DNA of 64,000 nt from Candidatus Eiseniibacteriota bacterium (GTDB taxonomy: Bacteria; Eisenbacteria; RBG-16-71-46): positions 69,632 through 133,631 of the forward strand of contig JADLBL010000020.1 of assembly GCA_020847735.1 (NCBI GenBank), in the 5' to 3' direction. The position numbers were made by a program, and so were the translations under genes. The notes beneath the pieces were generated by a model. The model was not told the DNA's origin and did not search any database. It saw only the letters and a list, made by a program, of their open reading frames with translations. Positions 45,827 through 54,327 of this stretch are shown here, in pieces; within the stretch, counting starts at the first letter, position 1, and each line of letters opens with the position of its first letter.

Positions 45827-46882
45827 ATGACTCCGACCCCGAACCAGACCGGCGTCCTGATCCTCGCGGGGGGCCGCGGCGAACGCTTCTGGCCCTGGAG
45901 CACGGACGCGCGGCCGAAGCAGCTGCTGCCGCTCGCCCGGGGCGGGCGGACGCTGCTGCGCGCGACGTTCGAGCGCGCGCTGCCGCTCGTCTCCGGCCCC
46001 GCCAGCGTCGTGGTCATGACCTCGGAAGCCCTGCGCGAGGCGTGCGCGCGCGAGTGTCCCGGCGCCCGCGTGCTCGGCGAACCGATGATGCGCAACACCG
46101 CGCCGGCGATCGCCGCCGCCGCCAGCGCGTTCGCCGCGGGGACGACTTTCGCCGTGCTGCCCGCCGATCACGCGATCGACGACGAAGCGGCCTTCGCCGC
46201 CGACCTGCGGCGCGCCGCGGAGCTCGCCGGGCGGGACGCCGTCCTGGTCACGTTCGGCATCCGGCCGGCGCACGCCGAGACCAACTTCGGGTACATCCAG
46301 CGCGGCGGGGCGCTGGCTCCCCGGCTGCACCGCGTCGCGCGGTTCAAGGAGAAGCCCGACCTGGCGACCGCGGAAGCCTGGTTCGCCGACGGCGCGCACC
46401 TGTGGAACAGCGGCATCTTCGTGTGGCGCCGCGAGACCTTCTTCGCCGCGCTGTCGGTGCGCCATCCCGAGATCGCGGCGCTCGCGGACTTCGGCTGGAG
46501 CGGAGCGGACGCGGACTTCGGCGCCGCGCTCCGCCCGCGTTTCGAACCGCTGCCGAAGATCTCGGTGGACTACGCCGTGCTCGAGGGCGCGCCGAACACG
46601 GTGGTGCTCGAGGCGGGCTTCGATTGGGACGACCTCGGCTCGTGGGGAGCGTGGGCGCGGCGCCAGGCGCGCGACGAGCGGCGCAACGTGCGCTGGGGCG
46701 ACGCGCTGCCGGTGGATTGCGAGGGCTGCGTCGTCGTCGGCGACGGCGTGCTGGCGGCGCCGCTGGGCCTGAAGGACATGGTCGTGGTCGCGACGCGCGA
46801 GGGCGTGCTCGCGTGCCGGCTCGACGAAACCGATCGTGTCCGGCAGGTGAGTGAGGCCGTGCGCGCCCGGGCGGGCGCGTGA
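45827..46882 (+). CDS. manC: Mannose-1-phosphate guanylyltransferase (GDP-mannose pyrophosphorylase)
   Basis: GVLILAGGRGERFWP (the G-x-G-x-R nucleotidyltransferase loop) and FGYIQRGG. Size (about 350 aa) and pattern fit ManC/CpsB without the PMI domain. Confidence 0.8.
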   Translation: MTPTPNQTGVLILAGGRGERFWPWSTDARPKQLLPLARGGRTLLRATFERALPLVSGPASVVVMTSEALREACARECPGARVLGEPMMRNTAPAIAAAASAFAAGTTFAVLPADHAIDDEAAFAADLRRAAELAGRDAVLVTFGIRPAHAETNFGYIQRGGALAPRLHRVARFKEKPDLATAEAWFADGAHLWNSGIFVWRRETFFAALSVRHPEIAALADFGWSGADADFGAALRPRFEPLPKISVDYAVLEGAPNTVVLEAGFDWDDLGSWGAWARRQARDERRNVRWGDALPVDCEGCVVVGDGVLAAPLGLKDMVVVATREGVLACRLDETDRVRQVSEAVRARAGA

Positions 46883-47511
46883 GCCGGCTCGCGGCGCTGT
46901 GCGTCGTCGCCCTGGCGATCGCCGGCTGCGCGGTTCCGGTTCCGGCGCCGCGGCCCGTGCCCGCGCCGCCCTCGCCGCAGGCACCGGCTTCCCCACCGGT
47001 GGTCGTGCGGACCGGCGCCGGGCCGGCGGCGCCCGACAGCACTCCGAGTCCCGAGGCGCTGGCGGTGCTGGCCACCATCCCCGAGCCGCTGGGCGGCGCC
47101 ACGACCGCGCCGGCGCCGCCCGCGGCCTACGACTCCCTGCGTTCCTCGCCGTCCGATCGCGACGTGCCGGTGCCCGCGCGCACGCAGCCTCTGCTGCCGC
47201 CCGGGCCGCTGCCGGCTGCGCCTCCTCCTCCCTCCGATGCGCCGGCGGCGGCGCCCACGGTCGCGGCGCCGCCCGACACGTGCTGGCGCGTGCAGGTGGC
47301 CGCGCCCGCCGATCGCGAGAAGGGCAAGTCGGTGCGCGATGCCGCCGAGTCGCTGCTCATGATCCCGATGATCGTGGATCGCGAAGGCGGGCGCTTCAAG
47401 GTGCGCACGCGGGACTGCCTCTCGCGTGAGGCCGCCGCGAGCCTGCGCGATCGCGCGACCGCCTCGGGCTTCAAGGGGGTCTTCCTCGTGCGCGTCTCCG
47501 GAGCCCGCTGA
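46879..47511 (+). CDS. SPOR-domain lipoprotein (peptidoglycan-binding), with Pro-rich linker
   Basis: Lipobox-like AIAGC, a long Pro/Ala-rich low-complexity region, then a C-terminal CWRVQVAA...FKVRT...ASGFKGVFLVRV SPOR fold pattern. Confidence 0.7.
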   Translation: MSRLAALCVVALAIAGCAVPVPAPRPVPAPPSPQAPASPPVVVRTGAGPAAPDSTPSPEALAVLATIPEPLGGATTAPAPPAAYDSLRSSPSDRDVPVPARTQPLLPPGPLPAAPPPPSDAPAAAPTVAAPPDTCWRVQVAAPADREKGKSVRDAAESLLMIPMIVDREGGRFKVRTRDCLSREAAASLRDRATASGFKGVFLVRVSGAR

Positions 47512-48743
47512 TGCCGAGGCTCGTCGTCTTCGAGGACGGTCGCTGGCGCGCGCTGCGGCCACTGACCGACCTGCTGCCGGTCGCGGCGCTCGCCTTCGGC
47601 GCCTCCGACGTCGCGCGCCGCTGGCTGCGCGCCGCCGGCCTGCGGCTGTTCGCGATCGAGGCCCGTGAATCCGCGATGTCGGTGTGGCACGACGCGCCGG
47701 TGCCCGACACCTCGAGCGTGGACCCGGCGGAGGACGCCGTCGTGGTCAACGCCGCGGCCCTGCCGGGCGCGTGGGCGGCCGCGCTGCTCGCCGAAGCAGG
47801 ACCGAAGCTCCTGCTCGCCGGCGAGCGGGTGGCCGGCGCGCGCCTGCCGCTGCGCCAGCTCGCCCCGGCCATCGGCGCGGGCGAGCGGTTCGAGCAGCAC
47901 CTGCTGGCGCTGGGGCTGCCGACCCTCGCCGCCGAGGTCCCTTTCCTCGAGCGACCCTGGCAGCTCATGGAACGCAACCCGGAGGCCATCGTGGACGATC
48001 TCGCGGACGCCCGCGGCGGAGTTCGCGGGGTCGTGCACCGCCTCGCCTGCCTCGAGTCGCCGGAGCGCATCGTCGTGGGCGAGGGCGCGGTGGTCGGTCC
48101 GCATGCGGTGCTCGACGCCGGCCCCGGGCCGATCCTCGTCGGGCGCGGTGCGCGCATCGCGCCGCACACGGTGGTGACCGGTCCGTGCGTGCTCGGCGCG
48201 GGCACCCAGCTGCTCGGCGGATTCGTCTCGGGCAGCACCTTCGGGCCGCAGTGCCGCATCGCGGGCGAGGTGGAGGCGAGCGTCTGGCAGGGCTACGCCA
48301 ACAAGCGCCATCACGGCTTCGTCGGGCACAGCGTGATCGGCGAGTGGGTGAATCTGGGGGCGCTCACCACGACCAGCGACCTCAAGAACAACTACGGTCC
48401 CGTGCGGGTGTGGGTGGATGGCCAGGAGCTGGACTCGGGCAGCACCAAGATCGGCTCGCTCGTCGGCGCGCACGTCAAGACGGGCATCGGCACGCTGCTG
48501 CCCACCGGCGCGAGCCTGGGAACGGGCGCGAACCTGTTCGGCGGGGGCGTGTTCGCGCCGCGGCGCGTGCCGCCGTTCGCCTGGTGGGACGGTCGGCGGA
48601 CCGTCGAGCACGAGCTCGAACGCTTCCTCGCGACGGCGCGCATCGCGTTCGCGCGTCGCGGGCGCACGCTCGGGCCCGCCGACGAGTCGGCGCTGCGCGC
48701 GCACTTCGCCGCGACCGCGGCCGAGCGCGCGGAGCGCGCCTGA
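47511..48743 (+). CDS. GlgC-like nucleotidyltransferase with C-terminal left-handed beta-helix, degenerate glycine-rich loop (putative non-catalytic/regulatory or divergent sugar-1-P nucleotidyltransferase)
   Basis: N-terminal VVFEDGRWRALRPLTDLLPVAAL parallels GlgC LAGGRGSRLxxLTxxRAKPAV but lacks the GG. C-terminal LbH repeats (VVGEGAVVGPHAVLDAGPGPILVGRGARIAPHTVV...). TGATG coupling to the SPOR gene. Confidence 0.6.
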   Translation: MPRLVVFEDGRWRALRPLTDLLPVAALAFGASDVARRWLRAAGLRLFAIEARESAMSVWHDAPVPDTSSVDPAEDAVVVNAAALPGAWAAALLAEAGPKLLLAGERVAGARLPLRQLAPAIGAGERFEQHLLALGLPTLAAEVPFLERPWQLMERNPEAIVDDLADARGGVRGVVHRLACLESPERIVVGEGAVVGPHAVLDAGPGPILVGRGARIAPHTVVTGPCVLGAGTQLLGGFVSGSTFGPQCRIAGEVEASVWQGYANKRHHGFVGHSVIGEWVNLGALTTTSDLKNNYGPVRVWVDGQELDSGSTKIGSLVGAHVKTGIGTLLPTGASLGTGANLFGGGVFAPRRVPPFAWWDGRRTVEHELERFLATARIAFARRGRTLGPADESALRAHFAATAAERAERA

Positions 48744-48870
48744 CGCCGCGCCGGCGGCGGCCGTGGGCACCGCCTTGACCCCGGCCGAAACGGCTCACTA
48801 GACTTTCACGGTTTCGACGCCCGCCGCGCGCCCGTCCGGGCGCGGGGCGACCCTCCCCCAAGGACGATCC

Positions 48871-49884
48871 ATGCCCGAGCTCCGCAAGGACCCGGTGGTG
48901 GGACGCTGGGTCATCATCTCGACCGAGCGCAGCCGCCGGCCCACGAACTTCAAGGCCGAGAACCCGACCGTCGCTCAGAACTTTTCCCCCTTCGTCGAGG
49001 GGCGGGAGGACATGACCCCTCCCGAGGTCTACGCCGTGCGCCCGCCGGGCGGGAAGGCGAACGGCCCGGGCTGGACCGTCCGCGTCGTGCCGAACAAGTT
49101 CCCCGCCCTGCAGGTCGAGGGGCAGCTCGAACGGCGCGGCGAGGGCCTGTACGACAAGATGAACGGCATCGGCGCGCACGAGGTGGTCATCGAGGGCTCC
49201 AGCCCCGACCGCGACCTGTCCGACCTGCCGGTCGAGCAGATCCAGCAGGTGCTGGTCGCCTACCGCGAGCGCATGCTCGACCTGAAGAAGGACAAGCGCC
49301 TGCGCTACGTGCTGGTCTTCAAGAACAAGGGTTCCGGCGCGGGCGCGACGCTCGAGCATCCGCACAGCCAGATCATCGCGACGCCGATCATTCCGCGCAT
49401 GGTGCAGGAGGAGCTCGACGGCGCGAGGCGTTACTACGAACTCAAGGAGCGCAACGTCTTCACGGACATCCTCGACCAGGAAATGGCGGAAGGGAACGGC
49501 CGGCGCATCGTCAGCACGAGCGAACGATTCGTGGCGCTGGCTCCGTACGCGCCGAGGTTTCCATTCGAGACGTGGATTCTGCCGCGGCAGCATCGCTCGA
49601 GCTATCACACCATCGCCGACCCGGAGGAGCTCCTCGACTTCGCGCGCATCCTGAAGGACACGCTCACGCGCCTGAACGTCGCGCTCGATGCGCCGCCGTA
49701 CAACTTCGTGCTGCACACGGCGCCGCTTTCGGAGGACGACCTGCCGTACTACCACTGGCACCTCGAGATCATGCCGAAGCTGACCCGGGTCGCGGGCTTC
49801 GAGATCGGCTCCGGCTTCTACATCAACCCGACGCCGCCCGAGGACGCCGCCCAGTACCTGCGCGAGATCGTCGCGCTGGCCTGA
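48871..49884 (+). CDS. galT: Galactose-1-phosphate uridylyltransferase family (GalT-type HIT; possibly ADP-glucose phosphorylase-like)
   Basis: HIT-like HPHSQI (HxHxQ) active-site motif. Spacing matches class I GalT; the zinc-ligand Cys/His residues are partly replaced. Confidence 0.8.
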   Translation: MPELRKDPVVGRWVIISTERSRRPTNFKAENPTVAQNFSPFVEGREDMTPPEVYAVRPPGGKANGPGWTVRVVPNKFPALQVEGQLERRGEGLYDKMNGIGAHEVVIEGSSPDRDLSDLPVEQIQQVLVAYRERMLDLKKDKRLRYVLVFKNKGSGAGATLEHPHSQIIATPIIPRMVQEELDGARRYYELKERNVFTDILDQEMAEGNGRRIVSTSERFVALAPYAPRFPFETWILPRQHRSSYHTIADPEELLDFARILKDTLTRLNVALDAPPYNFVLHTAPLSEDDLPYYHWHLEIMPKLTRVAGFEIGSGFYINPTPPEDAAQYLREIVALA

Positions 49885-49898
49885 CGCCGGGCGCCTCC

Positions 49899-51434
49899 AT
49901 GCCGGAATCGAAACGGTCGATCGCGCACGTCGCGAGCGAGATGGCGCCGCTCGCCAAGGTCGGGGGACTCGCCGACGTCGTCGCCTCGCTGGCGCTCGAA
50001 CAGGCGCGACGCGGGCATCGCGTGCTCGTCGTGCTGCCGCACTACCGCACGCTGCGGATCCCGCCCGGCTGGACGACCCACGACCTCGGCCATACGCGCG
50101 TGCCGTGGGGGCTGGGGCAGGAACCGGCCCGATTCACGATCGTCGAGGATCCCGTGTCCGAGCTGCGGGTGCTGCTCGTGGACCACACCGGCGATCGGAA
50201 GGCGTTCGACCGCCCCGGCATCTACGACGACCCGGCGACCGGCGAGGGCTGGCGCGACAACGCCGAGCGCTACCTGTTCTTCGCCCGCGCCGCGGTCGAG
50301 GGCCTGAAGGGCTTCGGCGAGCGTTTCGACATCGTGCATGCCCACGACCAGCAGGCCGCCTGGGTTCCGTGCTTCATCCGCACGCACGACGCCGACGAGC
50401 CGGCCTTCGCCGACGTCGCGACCATCTTCACGATCCACAACCTCGGCTACCAGGGCATCGCCGATCCCTGGCTGCTCCCGGTCGCCGGCTTCCCGCGCGA
50501 GCTGTTTTTCCCCCAGAGCCCGTTCGAGTTCTGGGGCCGCGTCAACTTCATGAAGGTGGGCATTCTCTTCGCGGACCTCGTCAGCACCGTGAGCCCGACC
50601 TACGCGCGGGAAATCCAGACCAACGGCGAAATGGGATTCGGCCTCGAGGGCGTGCTGCGCCGGCGCACCGGGGACGTGCGCGGCATCCTGAACGGGATCG
50701 ACGACACGGTCTGGAATCCGTCCGTGGACGCGTTCCTCGACTCGCACTACGACCGCGACACGGTCGAGGGCAAGCTCGCGAACCGGCGGGCGCTCGCGCT
50801 CGCCTGTGGTTTCCCGCTCGATCCGGACTGGCCGATCCTCGGGATGGTGTCCCGTCTCGTGGAGCAGAAGGGGCTCGAACTGATCGAAGCCGGGGAACGC
50901 GCGCTGTGCGACCTGCCGGCGCGCTTCGTGGTGCTGGGGGTCGGCCAGCCCCGCTGGCAGGATCTGTTCCGGCGCCTGGCGATCGAACGGCCGTGGCAGT
51001 GGTGGTTCGAGACCTCGCACGACGAGGGGCTGGCGCACCGGATCGAGGCGGGCGCGGACCTGTTCCTCATGCCGTCGCGCTACGAGCCGTGCGGGCTGAA
51101 CCAGATGTACTCGCTCCGCTACGGGACGGTTCCGATCGTGCGCGAGACCGGAGGGCTGGCCGACACGGTCCGCGAGTTCGACCCGGTGACGCGTGAAGGC
51201 AACGGCTTCGTCTTCCAGGCGTTCGACGCCGCGGAGATGGTCATGGCGATTCGGCGCGCGCTGGCGGTGCGCGCCGAACCGGCGCTGTGGCGGGCCCTGC
51301 AGCGCAACGGCATGGCGCAGGACTTCAGCTGGCGCGTCAGCGCCGACGGCTACGACCGGCTCTACTCGGAGGCCCTCCACCGCGTCGCGCAGGGACGCAT
51401 TCCGACGCTGCAGAGCGTTCGCGACTCGTTCTGA
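49899..51434 (+). CDS. glgA: Glycogen (starch) synthase, GT5
   Basis: IAHVASEMAPLAKVGGLADVV (KxGGL ADP-glucose-binding motif) and the C-terminal PSRYEPCGLNQMY...ETGGLADTV region. Confidence 0.9.
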   Translation: MPESKRSIAHVASEMAPLAKVGGLADVVASLALEQARRGHRVLVVLPHYRTLRIPPGWTTHDLGHTRVPWGLGQEPARFTIVEDPVSELRVLLVDHTGDRKAFDRPGIYDDPATGEGWRDNAERYLFFARAAVEGLKGFGERFDIVHAHDQQAAWVPCFIRTHDADEPAFADVATIFTIHNLGYQGIADPWLLPVAGFPRELFFPQSPFEFWGRVNFMKVGILFADLVSTVSPTYAREIQTNGEMGFGLEGVLRRRTGDVRGILNGIDDTVWNPSVDAFLDSHYDRDTVEGKLANRRALALACGFPLDPDWPILGMVSRLVEQKGLELIEAGERALCDLPARFVVLGVGQPRWQDLFRRLAIERPWQWWFETSHDEGLAHRIEAGADLFLMPSRYEPCGLNQMYSLRYGTVPIVRETGGLADTVREFDPVTREGNGFVFQAFDAAEMVMAIRRALAVRAEPALWRALQRNGMAQDFSWRVSADGYDRLYSEALHRVAQGRIPTLQSVRDSF

Positions 51435-51509
51435 AGCCGCACCCGCGTCCGCGGAGCGCCCGGCACGCGGCGGCGGCGCGCCGGCACCGTTCGCGTCCGC
51501 GCCGGACGG

Positions 51510-52724
51510 TCAGCCGATCAGGGCGGCGTGCAGCGCGCGCACGGCGGTCTCGCAGCGGTCGTTCGGGACACGGAAGACGAGGCCGCACGCGGTGACGCGC
51601 AAGGCGACGATCGGCACGCCGGCCTTCTCGAGCGCCGCTTCGGCGCGCGCCGCTTCGGCGGCGCCGAGGCCGAAGCCGACCAGCGTGACGAACGCGCAGT
51701 CGTGCTGCACGTCGAGCCGCCACTCCCCGCCGGGGCCGCGCAGTTCGCGGAAGCACGCCTCGAGCGCTTCGGCGTCCTCGCGGGCGCCGACCCAGACCAG
51801 CGCGGCGTGCTCGTCGCCCGCCTGCTCGTGAGCGACCAGCCCGAGCGCGGGGAAACGCCCGGCGACGGCTTCGAGAATGCCACGCGACTCCCCGCGGCCT
51901 CCGGAGTTGCCTTCGGCGAGGACGATCGAAACCCCCGTCCGGTGGGCGATGGCTTCGACTCGGGGTTGCTCCACGGTGGCCTCCACGGGTTCGGATGGGA
52001 CGATCTCGGTGCCCGGCGTGTCCGTGAACGACGAGCGCACGGCGAGCGGCACGCGCTCGCGTGCGGCGAGGTCCACGCAACGCGCGTGCAGGACCTGGCC
52101 GCCGGCATGAGCGAGCGCCGAGCAGGCGCGGAACGACAGCCGGGCGATCCGGCGCGCCTCGGGCACGACGCGCGGGTCGGCGGTGAACACGCCGTCCACG
52201 TCGGTGTAGATCTCGCAGCGGGCCGGAGCCAGCGCGGCGGCGAGCGCGACCGCGGTCGTGTCCGACCCGCCACGCCCGAGCGTGGTGATCTCCTTCGTCA
52301 CCGGGCTCACGCCCTGGAAGCCGGCGACGATGACGACCCGTCCGCGTTCGAGTTCGGCCCGGATCCGGCCCGGCGTGAGCGAGACGATGCGGGCGTGGGA
52401 GTGCGATTCGTTGGTGAGGATGCCGCTCTGCGAGCCGGTGAAGGAGATGGCCTCGAGGCCGAGATCGTTCAGCGCCATCACCAGCAGCGCCATGGACACC
52501 CGTTCGCCGGTCGAGAGCAGCATGTCCATTTCGCGGCGGCTCGGCCGCGGCGACACCTGGTGCGCGAGCTCGATGAGCTGGTCGGTGGTGTCTCCCATGG
52601 CCGAGACGACCACCACGAGCGAAGCGCCGCGCGCGCGCGAGTCGGCGATCCGACGCGCGACGGCGCGGATGCGCTCCGGCCCGTTGACCGAGGTGCCGCC
52701 GTACTTCTGAACGAGGGTCGTCAC
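51510..52724 (-). CDS. lysC: Aspartate kinase (monofunctional)
   Basis: [10 protein letters not shown]-terminus (amino-acid kinase family) with C-terminal ACT-domain repeats. GTG start at 52724; the longer ORF upstream would run antisense through the tRNA gene. Confidence 0.85.
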   Translation of the reverse strand: MTTLVQKYGGTSVNGPERIRAVARRIADSRARGASLVVVVSAMGDTTDQLIELAHQVSPRPSRREMDMLLSTGERVSMALLVMALNDLGLEAISFTGSQSGILTNESHSHARIVSLTPGRIRAELERGRVVIVAGFQGVSPVTKEITTLGRGGSDTTAVALAAALAPARCEIYTDVDGVFTADPRVVPEARRIARLSFRACSALAHAGGQVLHARCVDLAARERVPLAVRSSFTDTPGTEIVPSEPVEATVEQPRVEAIAHRTGVSIVLAEGNSGGRGESRGILEAVAGRFPALGLVAHEQAGDEHAALVWVGAREDAEALEACFRELRGPGGEWRLDVQHDCAFVTLVGFGLGAAEAARAEAALEKAGVPIVALRVTACGLVFRVPNDRCETAVRALHAALIG

Positions 52725-52794
52725 GGCGGTATTTGTAGCGGTTGCCGCCGCGCCGCGCACGCGGCCGGGAGCTCCGCGCCGGCGTCGCCGATCC

Positions 52795-52823
52795 TTGACG
52801 CTCTCCGGGGCCGCCGATATATT
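52795..52823 (+). promoter_or_regulatory. Sigma-70 consensus-like promoter for tRNA-Gly (TTGACG-17nt-TATATT)
   Basis: TTGACG at 52795-52800, a 17-nt spacer, then TATATT at 52818-52823. About 18 nt upstream of the mature tRNA 5' end. Confidence 0.6.
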
Positions 52824-52840
52824 GCCCGCCGCTCTTGTTC

Positions 52841-52917
52841 GCGGAAGTAGCTCAGCCCGGTAGAGCACAACCTTGCCAAGGTTGGGGTCGGGGGTTCGAA
52901 TCCCCTCTTCCGCTCCA
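52841..52917 (+). tRNA. tRNA-Gly (anticodon GCC), CCA encoded
   Basis: Cloverleaf: acceptor GCGGAAG/CTTCCGC, D-arm GCTC-AGCCCGGTA-GAGC, anticodon stem CAACC/GGTTG with loop TTGCCAA (GCC), T-arm GGGGG-TTCGAAT-CCCCT, discriminator T, CCA. Confidence 0.9.
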
Positions 52918-52923
52918 GTTCGC

Positions 52924-52957
52924 GGGGCCGGCTGCCGCTGCCGGCCCCGTTGTTTTT
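52924..52957 (+). terminator. Rho-independent terminator after tRNA-Gly
   Basis: GGGGCCGGC-tgccgct-GCCGGCCCC hairpin followed by GTTGTTTTT. Confidence 0.7.
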
Positions 52958-52975
52958 CCCGGGAGGACACGGTCC

Positions 52976-53554
52976 ATGGCGGGGATCCGACCGACGAGCG
53001 ACGACGCGGCCGCCCGCCGCGCCATCCAGGACCTGATTCGCGCGCTCGGGCTCGACACCGCGGCCGAACCCGAACTGGCCGACACCCCGAAGCGCGTCGC
53101 CGACCTGTACCGCGAAGCGTTCTCCGGGCTGGAGCCGGGGGCCGAACCGCAGGTCGCGGTGTTCCCGCACGAAGGCGCCGGCGACCTGGTGGTGGTGCGC
53201 GATCTGCCGTTTCACTCGATGTGCGTCCATCATTTCGTGCCGTTCTTCGGGCGCGCGCTCGTCGCCTACCTGCCCGGGACGAAGCTCATGGGCATCAGCG
53301 CCGCGGCCCGCGTCCTCGAGTACTACGCGCGCAGGCCACAGCTGCAGGAGCGGCTGGGGCGCCAGGTCGCGGAGCATCTCGGACGGCTGCTGGCGCCGCG
53401 CGGCGTCGCCGTCGTGCTCGAAGCGCGGCACCTGTGCATGGAAATGCGCGGCATTCGCAAGCGCGGGCTCGTCGAGACGCGCACGACGCTGGGCGAGCTG
53501 GCCGACGCGCGCTGGGCGGCGACGCTGCAGCTCGGCCCGGGCGATCGGGCCTGA
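52976..53554 (+). CDS. folE: GTP cyclohydrolase I
   Basis: [13 protein letters not shown] (zinc-binding Cys/His motif CxH...C) and the overall 190-aa FolE pattern. Confidence 0.9.
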   Translation: MAGIRPTSDDAAARRAIQDLIRALGLDTAAEPELADTPKRVADLYREAFSGLEPGAEPQVAVFPHEGAGDLVVVRDLPFHSMCVHHFVPFFGRALVAYLPGTKLMGISAAARVLEYYARRPQLQERLGRQVAEHLGRLLAPRGVAVVLEARHLCMEMRGIRKRGLVETRTTLGELADARWAATLQLGPGDRA

Positions 53555-53574
53555 CCGCGGGCGGCGCGCGGACG

Positions 53575-54327
53575 ATGCCGCCCACGATCTCGGTGATCGT
53601 GCCGACGCGCGGGCGGCCCGCCCTGCTCGCCGACGCGCTCGCGAGCGTCGCCGCGCAGGAACCCGCGCCGCTCGAGCTGCGCGTCGCCGTGGACGGCGCG
53701 CCGCCGGACGTCGAGACGCTCCCGGACCTGCCGATGCTGGCCGTGACGGTGCTGGCCGTTCGGTTCGGGCAGCCGGGCGCCGCCCGCAACGCCGCGGCCC
53801 GCGGCGCTGTCGGCGACGTGCTGGCGTTCCTCGACGACGACGACCGCTGGCGGCCGGGACATCTCGCGGGGCTCGTCGGCGCGTTCGCCGACCCCGGGGT
53901 GGGCTTCGCCTGGCGCGATGCGGAGGTGATCCGCGAACGCGTGCGCGAGGACGGAGTGCGCGAGAGCCTCGAATCGGTGGTGCTGGCGCGGGAGTGGGAC
54001 GAGGAGCGGATGCGGACCGACGACTACCTTCCGCCGAGCGCCTGGGGCGTCCGGCGCGAGCTGTTCGAGCGGCTCGGGGGCTTCGACGAGTCGTTCGCCG
54101 CGAGCGAGGACTGGGACTTCGCGCTGCGCGCCGCGGGCGCGACCCGGGTGCGCCGCGTTCCCGGCGTGACGGTCGAGGTCCGGATGCGCGAGCAGGGCAA
54201 CGCCTCCTCGGACTTCGGGGCCGTGCGCCGCGAGTGTCTGGCGAAACTGGCGGCGAGGCACGGGCTGCCGGCGCTGTCACCCAAGACATTCTGGGAAGTC
54301 GCTCGCGAGCTGCGGGAGCGCCGGTGA
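53575..54327 (+). CDS. Glycosyltransferase family 2
   Basis: ISVIVPTRGRPALLADAL...LAFLDDDD (DxD) ... EDWDFALR. 250 aa. Confidence 0.8.
   Translation: MPPTISVIVPTRGRPALLADALASVAAQEPAPLELRVAVDGAPPDVETLPDLPMLAVTVLAVRFGQPGAARNAAARGAVGDVLAFLDDDDRWRPGHLAGLVGAFADPGVGFAWRDAEVIRERVREDGVRESLESVVLAREWDEERMRTDDYLPPSAWGVRRELFERLGGFDESFAASEDWDFALRAAGATRVRRVPGVTVEVRMREQGNASSDFGAVRRECLAKLAARHGLPALSPKTFWEVARELRERR

Noticed and set aside
51528-52970. 440-aa plus ORF and N-terminal extension of the aspartate-kinase ORF running through the tRNA-Gly sequence
   Set aside because: Antisense or extension reading across a tRNA gene. The aspartate kinase amino-acid-kinase motif begins at GTG 52724.
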